Counted from the first letter of the stretch, positions 1-11,354 are shown. The stretch is 34,125 nucleotides of DNA from Nemertoderma westbladi (GCA_032718475.1 JAUCBJ010005353.1:1-34125), one strand, 5' to 3'. Numbers and translations: made by a program. Notes: generated by a model not told the origin, from the sequence alone.

Positions 1-84
1 TTATGTACAGAGGTTCATTGAGATTTTCCTTTCCAGTTTTCCGTGAATACGAAAAGCACAAAGTTGATTATTAGTTCTGCTTAC

Positions 85-247
85 CTTTAAGTAAAACCTC
101 AGCGCATTCATGGCGTCCCTTAGACGCTGCCCAATGTAATGCTATTCGTCCATTACCGTCAACCTCATTACAAACACCAGAATTACTCTTGATAATCTCC
201 TTTAATTCAACTAATTTCCCATCATTTGCCAACTGAAATACATCCAT
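85..247 (-). CDS. Coding exon of an ankyrin-repeat protein, gankyrin/PSMD10-like N-terminus; the gene continues beyond the left edge of the window
   Basis: Manual translation of the minus strand gives MDVFQLANDGKLVELKEIIKSNSGVCNEVDGNGRIALHWAASKGRHECAEVLLK, with a clear ankyrin motif (G-x-x-ALHWAA-x-x-G-x-x-E-x-x-E-x-LL). Acceptor tttttatcAG precedes position 253 and donor AAG|GTAAGC follows position 85 (phase 1). Too short for the ORF track. Confidence 0.8.
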
Positions 248-1983
248 TTCACCCTGATAAAAAGACCGTGAAATATGTTAGGAGTTAGCAATCATTAACA
301 TAAAATAAAGTAGCACTTTATAGAGAAACAGACTCTGACTGGCCGTGCTGATGTGACAAGTATTGTACGCCTTAGAAGTTCTATCCTATCAAGTCCCGCA
401 AAATTTTGTGTGATTTCATGATTTCGAAAGCTGAGCTGGTTTGGTACAGGAATTACATTAGTCCGCCGCGAAGTCGGCGAGCTTAGCATGCGGGTCCCGT
501 TATGCCCATCGAAGATTGCTGGTCGGTATGTCTGTCTGTCTGCTAATGTATGATGTTGACAACCACGACTTTAGAGGGATTGCAATCTTAATAATAAAAC
601 AATAAAATAGGACATGGGGTCTATTCCCTCAGATACTACCTAGCATTTAGGGCCGCTTGGTCCACTGTCCGACTGTTAGTACTCAGGCACTAGGCCCATC
701 AAAAAACAAAATACCAAATCGATTTTAGTGCTACATAACCCAACCCAACTACCACAAGAAAAATTGCACCAAACCATACAGTAACTACAGGTTCCGGTAA
801 GTATTGCACGAAATAGGCTATCCCATAAATTACGAAAAATATAGGACATTTTGTCCGCCGAAAAGGTAAGTCCAAGTAATAAATTTTATAAAAATAAAAG
901 GGTTTCGGAAAAAAAAAGGGTGTCTGCTAATGGTTGGAAGCTAATAAATACCTGTAGTTTGCCGCAAGAGGGGTGGAATGGGAAATGTCTGAAAGGGGAA
1001 AAAACCTTGTTAGGGTATCCAAAACAAAAACGAGTTATCTAGTCAACATATTATATCTTTATATAATACGCCCGATTTATCTATACAAGATAGTAGCTAT
1101 TACATATCAAGTACCGGTATCGGCGGTATGCATGAGGTTGCCCAGGCTTTTCTCATTAAAATATATGTTCCCTACCGCGAAATGTATTTGATGCAAATAA
1201 CAATGATTTTTTAACCCTATGAATCGCCCATTTGATTGCGGCCTAATGGAGCAGGAGGTTGAAATTAAAGTAGAAATAGCTATCCGTCCTTAATACCAAC
1301 AGAGCAAACTTACCTAGCACGGCTGCACGATTTATTTGGCTCTTGGTTTACAAAAAACGCAGTACAGTAGTAAAGAACAGTTCAACTCAAGAGTTAACAC
1401 CACAACCTATTGGTGGTACCAATGCCAGATATAATCAAAATAATACTACAGTACAGCAGTATACAATACTGCAGTAGGTCCGTGCGTCAGTACACACTTG
1501 CACACTTCTTGTAAACAATATTATAACCACTCATATTATCTGGTATTGTATTACATTTTGAATTTCCCTCTCACACATATTTTACCTTGCAAATTGTGAT
1601 GTTATTTGCCAGTAGTGTAAAGGCCTTCTTGCTATTTGGTAGTGGGACTTCTGGACTTGAGCGTCAACTGCACAGTCGTGTTTTCGTGCAGTTAGACAGT
1701 GTGACAATCCGAGCTAGTTTTGTTAGTTTAATATTTGTTTAAGATTATTGTTACACACACTGAATCGCTTAGGCCTACATGCCGATCTTACAGCGTTTGT
1801 CAGTAGATAGATGGATTTTTTTATACATTATGTAAAAACAATAACAAATACACCAAACAATGTATATTGTCCAACATAACATATGGGATTACCCCTAAAG
1901 CTTTGCAGCTTATGTTTCTTGGTTATAAATCTAATATTACACTAACACTACGCTAACCTAAAACAAATATAAAAGGTAATTAC

Positions 1984-2512
1984 ACTAAATACGTACAACT
2001 TTACCAACAGCAAGACAGCTCCAAATCAACGATAAAGATGTAACTACAGTATGTACACACATAGGACTATACGTTAACATTGACGTTGACAGCTCATTGG
2101 AAGCAATGAGCTTTATATATTGTGCTTTTATCACTGATCGAGCAGTAATTATTAATTTATTTATCAGGCTAGTATGTAAAGTAGGGAGCAATATATTCAT
2201 TTCATTGTTTTTTTTACTAAGTTATTTACGTCATATAGCAGCATATTTATTTACTTACATGATTAATTCTTAGCGGTGTTTATTCGATATTTTTAGCAAA
2301 TGTCAATGTGTGCGATGGACAGATGATACTTAGCTTTGTTATTTTGATTGAAATTCCTTATTCTTTTGTGCTCTATTTATTTATCATATTCTAAAACTTT
2401 GTCAATAAATAATATATATATACAGTACAATTTATATAACGTAATTACACTTACTAAATAGTACAACTTTACCGAGAACGAGGCAATACTCCGACTCAAC
2501 GATAAAGATGTA
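1984..2512. repeat. Degenerate direct repeat, two copies about 470 bp apart
   Basis: ACTAAATA(C)GTACAACTTTACC...TCAACGATAAAGATGTA occurs at 1984-2042 and at 2453-2512. Confidence 0.5.
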
Positions 2513-3732
2513 GGGCCTATTATAACTATTTGCACAGAACAATTTATAAAACGTAATTATGTAATTAGGCTACATACACTGCGATTGCCAACATTGTGAT
2601 TTGAGAGTGCTATCATCCCGATTTCACAACCGTCACTGCGAAGTGTATTTAAGAACCGGGCTTTTATTCTAAAACATATTTTGTTTATTTCTATTATATA
2701 CAGTACAGTACTTATACTGTATAGTCTTACTGTAAAATAATTCATTATGTATGTATGTATGTGTGTATGTATATCATGTGAACTTCTCCGAAGCTATAGT
2801 TCGTCCGTCAATGGAATTTATATCAATAGACGCAGCTCAACACCAGGATGTGGAAAAAAAGTTTCCAAAAAATTATTAAAGTGTCTTTTTTTCGCAAAAT
2901 TTCCCCAAACACAAAAATTGCCATAGAAACACCAGCTGCTGGTGCTCATGAGGGCCTAGTACCAGTAAGCTACTACTATTGATTGAATGGATAGACCCAA
3001 ACTGCAGAGAAGTATATTCCTTGCCAAGTTTATTACTCTCTCAATTTATCCCAGACAGTGAGCAAACATCAACTGTAAGTTTGTAATGTATTACACCGCC
3101 AGCTGAAAAGCTCTTCCCTGTGAATCAAATGGGAATATTTATAAGGTTACTCACTGCTATGTTAGGTGGGAGGCCAGCTGGTTTAATTTTAAGCATTGGG
3201 CCGTTTAAATTTTTTATACGTTAATAATAATGATATGCAGGAGGGGCTGGTATTACTTTCTATCAGACTGTAAGCAAAGCTTTTCAATGGGGAGGGACCC
3301 AACTACAATACGTTTGTCTATGGACGTTCTTCAAGCGTACAGTACATGCTTGAATTTTTGGATTTTGGATGGTTATACACACATACACACACATCGTTTT
3401 TTTTGAACGGCTCAACTATCGATAAGAACTACTCAGGCCTATTATAGTTATAGGTTCGATATTAGATTTCTTATTCGGAAGCTCCGAAAACATACTGTAT
3501 AAGCCTAGCGGGAACGTACTAAGGCGGCAACACCTGGAAAGTGGAATCAGCTGGTACCTGGAAAAACATATATTTATAAATATTGAGACAGAAAACAATA
3601 GTTCGGTATAGGGCCTACTTTGTTACAGTAGGGGCGAAGATTCGTAATTTAATATCATAATTATTGAAATGTGACCGTTGCTATGTGATTCCGAGCGGGA
3701 TTTTTAAATAGCAGAATTGCAGCTAAGACGAC

Positions 3733-5558
3733 TCGGAAATTTTTTTTCGAGTTTTCGTTGGTTTCATGTGAAAGAGCATGTGAAAAAACCCCAGAGAGCA
3801 ATTTTACTTCAAAAAAATTAATATTTGCCGAGTTATAGCAATTTTAAAACGCAAAATTAGCAACATCGAAAAATCAGGCCGTTTCAGAAAACTGCACGAG
3901 TGACGTCAGCCATAACACAGCAACAGTTGTCAAGCGCAGTTGATTGGCTAATATAAAGTATAATATTGCAGTATCTAAAATAAAACAAATAATAAATGTA
4001 GCTATGTATTTATTTGGATGTGTATTTGTGTTGTGTTAAGAATCGATTATAGGATAGCGGTATGGAGGCAAATTATTCATATCAAGTTAATTATTCTAGA
4101 ATAATATTTATTTCGCCCATACCTGTATCGTAGAGGTGTAGCTAAAAATAAATATAGCTAGCTAAATACTGCCAGGCGTTTCATTAATCTATTTTTTTAT
4201 TGTTTTTACAGCGAACAATGCGGGATGGGTAGATTAGCACTAGATGGAAATTATTTAGATTTTTTGTCAGTTCACTGTAAAGTGTTACTGGTACTAGTGT
4301 TGCACGTGTCACCATTATTCTGCCTTTCATAATAGCTGTTTTTGGTTTGACATCCAAAAATATCAAAATACCAAAAAATACCAAAACATAATGTTTTGGG
4401 CTATTGATTTATGTTCTTGACATATTTTGGCTAGTTACATGTGAAAAAAAAAATGTTTTAAAGAAAATAAAAACAAATGTTTGTGGTAGCTATTGTTTTC
4501 AATGGTATGTACTGTTTTAATATTGTAGCTAGTGTTTTTATAAAATACCACAAAATCTTATTTTTTGATGCCATTTCAGATGCCATTACACCAACGCATG
4601 TGGTAGAAGTAAAATGTCCAACATCAAAACATGCCATTCAAAAATCTTATCTTACACAATCGAATATCGTAAGCGCTAAATTCATGTCACAAATCCAACT
4701 TCAAATGCATCTTTGCAATAAACAATGGGCCTTGTTTAGCGTCGCAGATCCATCTTTTGAAATAAATGGCGAAGTGAAAATAGTTGAAGTATCATATGAT
4801 TCCATATACATGCAAAGTTTACTGAAAAGTAGTAGTAGCTTCTGGAAGGAATATATATTTCCCAAAATTGTGAAAAAATAGATAATTAAAAAATGTAAAT
4901 TATACAGTAGTATAGTTCAACTAAATTCTGATTAATGCTGATTGTATTGAGATGGCAGCTGAAGATACTACGTCATCCATTACAGCTACATGGACTAACT
5001 ATCAATGCTTTTTGGAATTCAATAATTTAACTTGTATAAAAATAATTACAATCGAAAAAGTGCGAATCCACAATCTAATCCAAAGTAATCTAAGTTTTGA
5101 AGCTGAATAAAACATCAATAAGCTACTGGATTTCTACCACCTGGCAGTTTTAGCTACAAAATATGTTTTATTTTTATAGCTAACAACTGTATAGTTTGGG
5201 AAAAATAATTATTATTCTGGAATAATTAACTTGTCATGAATCAATTTCCACATTAAGATATCAAATAATGTATTCTTAACACAACACAAAAACACACTAA
5301 ATAAATATTAGCTACACAATTTATTTTAGTTACTAAGAGATTTATATTGTATAGTAACCAATGAACATTTACTGCTGCACTAGTGACGTCACTAGTGCAG
5401 TTTTCTGAAACGGCCTGATTTTTCGATGTTGCTAATTTTGCGTTTTAAAATCGCTATAACTCGGCCAATATTATTTTTTTTAAGTAAAATTGCTCTCTGG
5501 GGTTTTTTCACATGCTCTTTCACATGAAACCAACGAAAACTCGAAAAAAATTTTCCGA
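3733..5558. mobile_element. Non-autonomous DNA transposon with long terminal inverted repeats carrying a YqaJ-like exonuclease fragment
   Basis: 3733-3908 is the near-perfect reverse complement of 5384-5558 (~175 bp). A degenerate inverted repeat continues inward (~3940-4176 vs ~5140-5365). No TSD was found. Confidence 0.85.
4580..4881 (+). pseudogene. 3' exon of a YqaJ/lambda-exonuclease-like PD-(D/E)XK nuclease inside the TIR element
   Basis: Reads DAITPTHVVEVKCP...KFMSQIQLQMHLC...ALFSV...YDSIYM...FWKEYIFPKI, which has the EVKCP and QxQxQM motifs of YqaJ-like proteins. Similarity starts at the splice acceptor ccatttcAG (4578-4579); the upstream part of ORF 4477..4881 looks intronic. Confidence 0.75.
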
Positions 5559-6016
5559 TTACAGTAAATGCAAAGGAATACACTGCGTTACCAGGTTGCA
5601 GTACAGCAGTACCGGTACTAGACCAGTAGACTAGACTTTGAATGATTCCGACTAAACGACGAGCTTCACGATGAGTACGGTGTGGCATTCATCTGTTCAT
5701 TGCGTAAATAAAACTTAAATATAACGACCCATTGTTTTCTGCCTCATTCTTGATAAATCTATGTTTATTTTTACTGTAGACCCAGAGATCCGGCATTAAA
5801 ACTAGCTGTTTCCCTGTTGCCAGGTGTTTCCACTTTTTATTATGTACAGTAGGCCTACCTACTGACCTACCTTTATTTACTAACAGCCTAATACAGTAAT
5901 AGTTGTTTTGTCTATCTGTGATTGCTTACCGCCTTGCCGCTACCGGTATTTGTATGCTTAAAAGGGGTCCAAACTAAAGAAATTCCATATTTCCATAACA
6001 TTCAAATATTATTGTT

Positions 6017-8074
6017 ATGGCGACCCTATCCAACCGGGGCCGTCGGAAACTCGCGCGGAAACTATCCCATTCATTCCACCGACTCCGACACGACCCCATA
6101 TCCCTGCGAGTCGTAGACACCCCAACGAGGCACCTCCTAGCGGGGAACGCCGGTATCGGATGCGGCGTAACCCGGGACGACGTGACCCGTTGCTTCGCGC
6201 AGTACGGTCCCTTACTGGCGGTCTGGATGGACAGAGAGACGACTTATTCTGTAGTGTCATACACAGACATCGTCCACGCTGCAACTGCCCGTGATCAACT
6301 AAATGGATTCACGCTGCTGCTGGAAAATACTTTAAAAACCCAATTACTTCTCTGGTTTATAGACCAACCGCCAGTTTTTTCTCCTGAACCACAAACCAAC
6401 GTACCCGAGGGTTTGGAGCTAATTCCCGAGTTTATCGACGTCGAAACCGAAAGTAATTTACTCTCCCGTCTCAACTGGAGCGAAACTTCGGCCCTATTGA
6501 AACACCGGCAAGTTAAACATTTCGGTTTCGAGTTCGTCTACACCCGGGGGACCAACTCCGTGGACCCTAGTAACCCGATACCGGGGGGACTGCCTGATTG
6601 GTTGCTAGGGCTGGCAGGGAAGGTGTCCCGTTGGATGGCGGGGGTCCCTGACCAGCTCACCGTGAACCGCTACCAGTCTGGGCAGGGTATCCCCCCTCAC
6701 ACAGACACCCATTCCCCCTTCCTGGGCCCCGTGGTCTCTCTCAGTCTCCAGTCCCCGGTACTCATGGAGTTCTCACACCCAGACGGCCGTCGGTACCAGT
6801 TGCTCCTGCCGCCGCGCAGTCTGCTGGTTATGTCCGGGGCCTCGCGGTACCAATGGACCCACGGTATCACCCCGAGGAACAGTGACGTTTTAGACAGCGA
6901 ATACGGACCGAGTTTAATACACCGGAAGTGCAGAACTTCAATAACTTTCCGTAAAGTTAATAAGAACTTGGATTGTAATTGCGGCTTCCCTGAGAAATGC
7001 GACTATCAGTCACGTGTTGCTAAGGACTCTGTTGCTATGGTAACTACATCCACAGATTCCGTTGATATGGCAACGACTTCTATAAACTCCGTTGCTACGG
7101 TAACAACCACGTCTGCGGACCCGGTTGCTACGGTAACTGTACCTGCGGACCCCGTTACCCTGGAGACGCGGTACGTCCGCCGGGTCTACGAGGACATCGC
7201 GACCCATTTCAGCGCGACGCGACACTCTGCGTGGCCCCGGGTCCGCTCGTTCATCGAATCGGCGCCCCCGGGGGCGGTGGGCGCCGATATCGGTTGCGGC
7301 AATGGGAAGTACCTCGCGATATCCCGCGGATATCTCCTGGGTTCCGATATCAGCGGCAACCTACTGGAGATATGCTCCGGAAGAGGTCATCCCGTCGTCC
7401 AATCCGACTGTTTGAGTCTCCCGTTTAGGGGATCCTCCGTCGATTACGCTATCTGCGTGGCGGTAATCCACCATCTCTCCTCGGTTGCTCGCCGACTCAG
7501 GGCGGTTCGCGAACTCTGTAGGATAACCGCAACCGGGGGCCGCATCCTAATATACGTGTGGGCTTTCGAGCAACACAATAATGAAAAAAAGTCGTTCTAT
7601 ATTAAGCGGAAAGGGGAACGACACAGTCAGCTGTCTGAATCGGAAGACACTACCGTTAAGTTTGAAACTGAAAGTAATTATTGGGATGCAATTAGTGCCG
7701 GTAATAAATGTGGTCTGTATGATACTGCAGGAACAGTATCTTTGCCAATTCATAAGAATAGGACAGTGTTTAAACATCAGGATGTTTTGGTGCCCTGGAC
7801 AACTCATAAGCCAAGTGGAGGCGGTGTTAAGGCAACTGAATGCCGTGGTGTAGACAGTGATATGGGTGGGGAGGTTGGCGGTGATGTAGACTGTGACAGG
7901 GGTGGGGAGGTTGGCGGTGGTGTAGACGATAATAAGATTGTGTCCTACAGGTATTACCACGTGTTTCGTGAAGGTGAATTAGAAGAATTGTGTGAGAATC
8001 TTTCGGATTGTTGTAGAGTAATGGATAGTTATTATGATGAAGGTAATTGGTGTGTAATCTTACAAAGAATATAA
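6017..8074 (+). CDS. ALKBH8: AlkB homolog 8, tRNA wobble-uridine methyltransferase/hydroxylase; single exon, 685 aa
   Basis: N-terminal RRM (LLAGNAGIGCGV...YSVVSY); 2OG-Fe(II) domain (DQLTVNRY...GIPPHTDTH...RYQWTHGI...RTSITFRK); Zn cluster CNCGFPEKCD; Trm9-like SAM methyltransferase (VYEDIATHFSATRH, DIGCGNGKY, AVIHHLS, YYHVF, YYDEGNWC). AATAAA follows the stop. Confidence 0.96.
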   Translation: MATLSNRGRRKLARKLSHSFHRLRHDPISLRVVDTPTRHLLAGNAGIGCGVTRDDVTRCFAQYGPLLAVWMDRETTYSVVSYTDIVHAATARDQLNGFTLLLENTLKTQLLLWFIDQPPVFSPEPQTNVPEGLELIPEFIDVETESNLLSRLNWSETSALLKHRQVKHFGFEFVYTRGTNSVDPSNPIPGGLPDWLLGLAGKVSRWMAGVPDQLTVNRYQSGQGIPPHTDTHSPFLGPVVSLSLQSPVLMEFSHPDGRRYQLLLPPRSLLVMSGASRYQWTHGITPRNSDVLDSEYGPSLIHRKCRTSITFRKVNKNLDCNCGFPEKCDYQSRVAKDSVAMVTTSTDSVDMATTSINSVATVTTTSADPVATVTVPADPVTLETRYVRRVYEDIATHFSATRHSAWPRVRSFIESAPPGAVGADIGCGNGKYLAISRGYLLGSDISGNLLEICSGRGHPVVQSDCLSLPFRGSSVDYAICVAVIHHLSSVARRLRAVRELCRITATGGRILIYVWAFEQHNNEKKSFYIKRKGERHSQLSESEDTTVKFETESNYWDAISAGNKCGLYDTAGTVSLPIHKNRTVFKHQDVLVPWTTHKPSGGGVKATECRGVDSDMGGEVGGDVDCDRGGEVGGGVDDNKIVSYRYYHVFREGELEELCENLSDCCRVMDSYYDEGNWCVILQRI
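7031..7167. promoter_or_regulatory. In-frame ~30-bp tandem repeat whose core is an RFX X-box-like palindrome (5 copies)
   Basis: GTTGCTATGGTAAC at 7031, GTTGATATGGCAAC at 7061, GTTGCTACGGTAAC at 7091 and 7124, GTTACCCTGGAGAC at 7154. The regulatory function is inferred. Confidence 0.5.
7846..7928 (+). repeat. In-frame 36-bp tandem duplication in ALKBH8 (GVDSDMGGEVGG / DVDCDRGGEVGG)
   Basis: TGTAGAC...GGGTGGGGAGGTTGGCGGTG is repeated with period 36. Confidence 0.75.
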
Positions 8075-8734
8075 AATTTTAATAAAGATTTAATTGGCTT
8101 TGGATTGTATTTTGTATAAGATATTTTCAACGTTGAATAATAATACTGTAATAACAATAAACATAATAATGAAGATGTTTCAATTTGTGGGATTTTATTA
8201 GCCAACATTTTGTTTTCTTTAGTATTCTACACCTTATCCTGGACATTGTGTCTTAATTAATTAGTTTGCGCTGTTGGATAGCCCATTTAATTTTAGGAAA
8301 CTAGTAAAACTACGTACAGTACTAGTAAAAGCAGAATTGTAGGCTATACGGCAAGTTTACAGTACAGTAATAATTGTAGATCATAGATATTCAAATTTAC
8401 CGCGCAGCTTATCACTACTAAAATACTTAAACTGTTTTGGCAAATAAAAATGAGTAATTATTAGATTGATTCCAACCGAATACGAGTCATAGAATACACA
8501 CACAGATAGACGGTTTCGGCATAAATTAAACCATAAATTCAAACTTAGTGTTTAATCCCAAATCAATCCAAGTAAAGATAGATGGTTTTGTGATTTACTA
8601 TTATTGACAGATGTTGAGATAGACGGTTTTGGCAAAAATAGGACTTCATAATTACGTCTTAAGCCTCGTTTTCCTGATTCCTAATAACTACACGATGTTC
8701 TGGAATACAGTGTCGCAACTCGTAATTCAGTGAC

Positions 8735-8940
8735 ACGCCCCCCCCCCCCCCCTCCCCCAAATTTTTATGAAATCTTAATGAGATTGCATGAAATTTGAAA
8801 CAGAGAAGTTTCACCTCCCTCTTACTTACTAGGTGAGCCAGAATTAATATTTTCGTGTTCATTATTTAACTAGAAGTGTTTGAAAAAGTGTATCCATCGA
8901 TGTGCAGCAGTTACACCTCAGAATTTAGTCGTAAAATAGC
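8735..8940 (+). mobile_element. Fragment of a dispersed DNA-transposon end, homologous in inverted orientation to ~21430-21655
   Basis: A C-tract followed by AGATTGCATGAAATTTGAAACA (8781) and CAGAATTAATATT (8839) matches the reverse complement of 21578-21599 and 21531-21543, which also lie next to a G-tract. Confidence 0.55.
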
Positions 8941-9821
8941 TGATATATGGGCAGTTCGAAAGTAACATGGTTTAGCACCTGCGTGAGACTATTTTGTTAT
9001 ATTTAATAAATACAGCATGTTTATCCCCATACGTGTTAGGGGGGGGGGGGGGGGGGGGGGGGGGTACACCATTTTGGTCCAAAATATTAATATTACGAAA
9101 TTATTTTTCTGATCGATTATAATGCGCGATTAAATGGTGTTTCCAAATTTAAAAACCGCTATTTAATAGCTCTTTTAATTTTCAAGTTAGAACAATTTCA
9201 ATTTAGTGAGAACTATTGAAATTACTATTACTATGTATAATGAAAGGTCTAAATATTTTTTTCATGAAATTGTCAACTTCAAAATCCTACTACTTCTGCA
9301 ATTTTTGAGTAATTTGTCTGCAAATTTATGTTGGTGTCTACATAGTAACCCTGCATAAGCTATTCATACTACTACTAGTACTAGGTCGAGCGAACTCGGA
9401 CATTAAGGTATTCATACATAAGCAAAATGTTCCGGAATATGGTGTATTTGTTAAATAGAATAAAATAGCCTCGCGCTGGCGCGCGGGTGCAAAACCATAT
9501 TCGAAGTCCAACATCTGAGCTATTTATCACCAACATTTTGATTGTGTTACATATTATTTAGAATACTTGCTTGGCCAGCTTTGTAACAGTACTAATCCTC
9601 ATAAGGTTGAAATGTAACCAATCAGAATTTACTTAATTTAGTTTATCTATTTTTCCAACCAATCAGAATTAACGTAGCTCAGTTCTGTAGCTTAGTTCTG
9701 TAGTTTATTTTTGTTGATGTTTTCGTAATCCTCTAACAAACAACCTAATTTAGTTTATATTTTTCTTAATCCCCATAAATAAAAATAAATCAAATGTGGC
9801 CTAAATCAGCCACCGTACTAT

Positions 9822-10633
9822 TATGGCGTCTCAAAAGGATCAAAATCATAACAATTACTGCAGTTATTTGAAATAATATAATAGTGTATGCAAATAATTA
9901 AATCACTCATGTAAATATTTAAAAGATGCCCAATTGTTATTGCGGCAATAAATATTATTGCCATTTTATTGCGGCAATAAATAATTATTGCGGCAATAAG
10001 TAATTATTGAGGCGATAAATAATTATTGCAGCAATAATTAATTATTGCGGTAATAAATATGGCCCAGTGGGTTAAGGCGCCACTCCTGATTTACACTATT
10101 TGTAACTGCCGCAGGTTCGATTTCAACATATGGCTATTATTATTTCGTTCAATCTTTGGAGGGTCAAGGGAGCCAGCCTCCAGTTCACAAACCAGTGGGA
10201 GCGAAGTATTTCATTGGTTGCTAGGTTCTATGGTTAATGTTATACCATAGAAGATAAAAATAATAGTGCACTGGTTTGTAACTGAGGCTGGCTCCCTTGA
10301 CCCTCCAAAGATTGAACGAAATAATAATAGCCATATGTTGAAATCGAACCTGCGGCAGTTACAAATAGTGTAAATCAGGAGTGGCGCTTAACCCACTGGG
10401 CCATATTTATTACCGCAATAATTAATTATTGCTGCAATAATTATTTATTGCCGCAATAATTATTTATTGCCGCAATAATTATTTATTGCCGCAATAACAA
10501 TTGAGCACCTTTAAATATTTCATGAGTAATAGTGTAAATATTTTCATAAGTGATTTAATTATTTGCATACACTATTATATTATTTGAAAGACTGCAGTAA
10601 TTGTTATGATTTTGATCCTTTTGAGACGCCATA
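9822..10633. mobile_element. Foldback-type palindromic element with ~370-bp inverted arms and a 71-bp spacer
   Basis: 9822-10197 is the reverse complement of 10269-10633. Each arm has 5-6 copies of a 19-bp unit AATTATTGCGGCAATAAAT and a tRNA-like A/B box. ACCGTAC lies at both flanks (9812 and 10633), an imperfect TSD candidate. Confidence 0.9.
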
Positions 10634-11354
10634 CCGTACCTATCTGGTACAGTGTTACACTTCGACTCATGTAGTCATTCATGTATCAATTATAGTGTCT
10701 GTCTGTAGATGTAATCAAATCTTTCACAATGCTGCAATAGGGTTTGTCGGCTCGGCTCTTTCAGGTTAAAATTTGAGAGTACTGGAGTAGGCCTAAATTC
10801 TGAAAGGAAAGTTGAATGTCTATTATTTTTGTGTGAATAATTTGTCCTACCAGCCTACTGCTGTACTTAGCACTTAGTACGGTCTGACGGTACTTGCTAA
10901 CTTGTGTACATAGTGCTGTAGTCTGTAGTGGCAGTCAGTACAGTGTCAGAGTGTAGGCCTACAGCAGCAGTAGTCTTGTCCAGTCCTAACAGCCTAATTC
11001 AGCGCCAGCCCAGCACCGCACCGGTAGTCTGCTTCCTAGTCCTGTCAGCCTGTAGTCGCTGCTCGCTGTTAACTGCTTAGCAAGCCTGTCACCTCTAAGG
11101 TCTTTAATATTTCCGTCTGTCCGTAGGCCTAGGCAGCTAGCAGCTAGAGCTACAGAGCTAGGCCAGTAGGCTGCTAGGTATTTAATCTGTTATTGTAGCC
11201 TGTTTGTTTGTGTTTGTTTGTCCAGTTTGTCGGTATATTTCAACCTGTCAACCGGTATACAACAGGCCCTACTGCAGTACTGCCCTATAGGCAGATAGGC
11301 TGATAGGCCTACTCCATACTCCGCTACTGGTATAATAATAGTTTCTCATATGAA

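Noticed and set aside
9039-9064. Long G/C homopolymers (also ~8738, 13528, 23420, 27824)
   Set aside because: They lie within or next to repeat fragments; lengths are unreliable and no function can be supported.
10060-10128. Possible tRNA genes here and at 20499-20554 and ~31000
   Set aside because: A and/or B boxes are present, but no complete acceptor and anticodon stems; treated as SINE-like heads.
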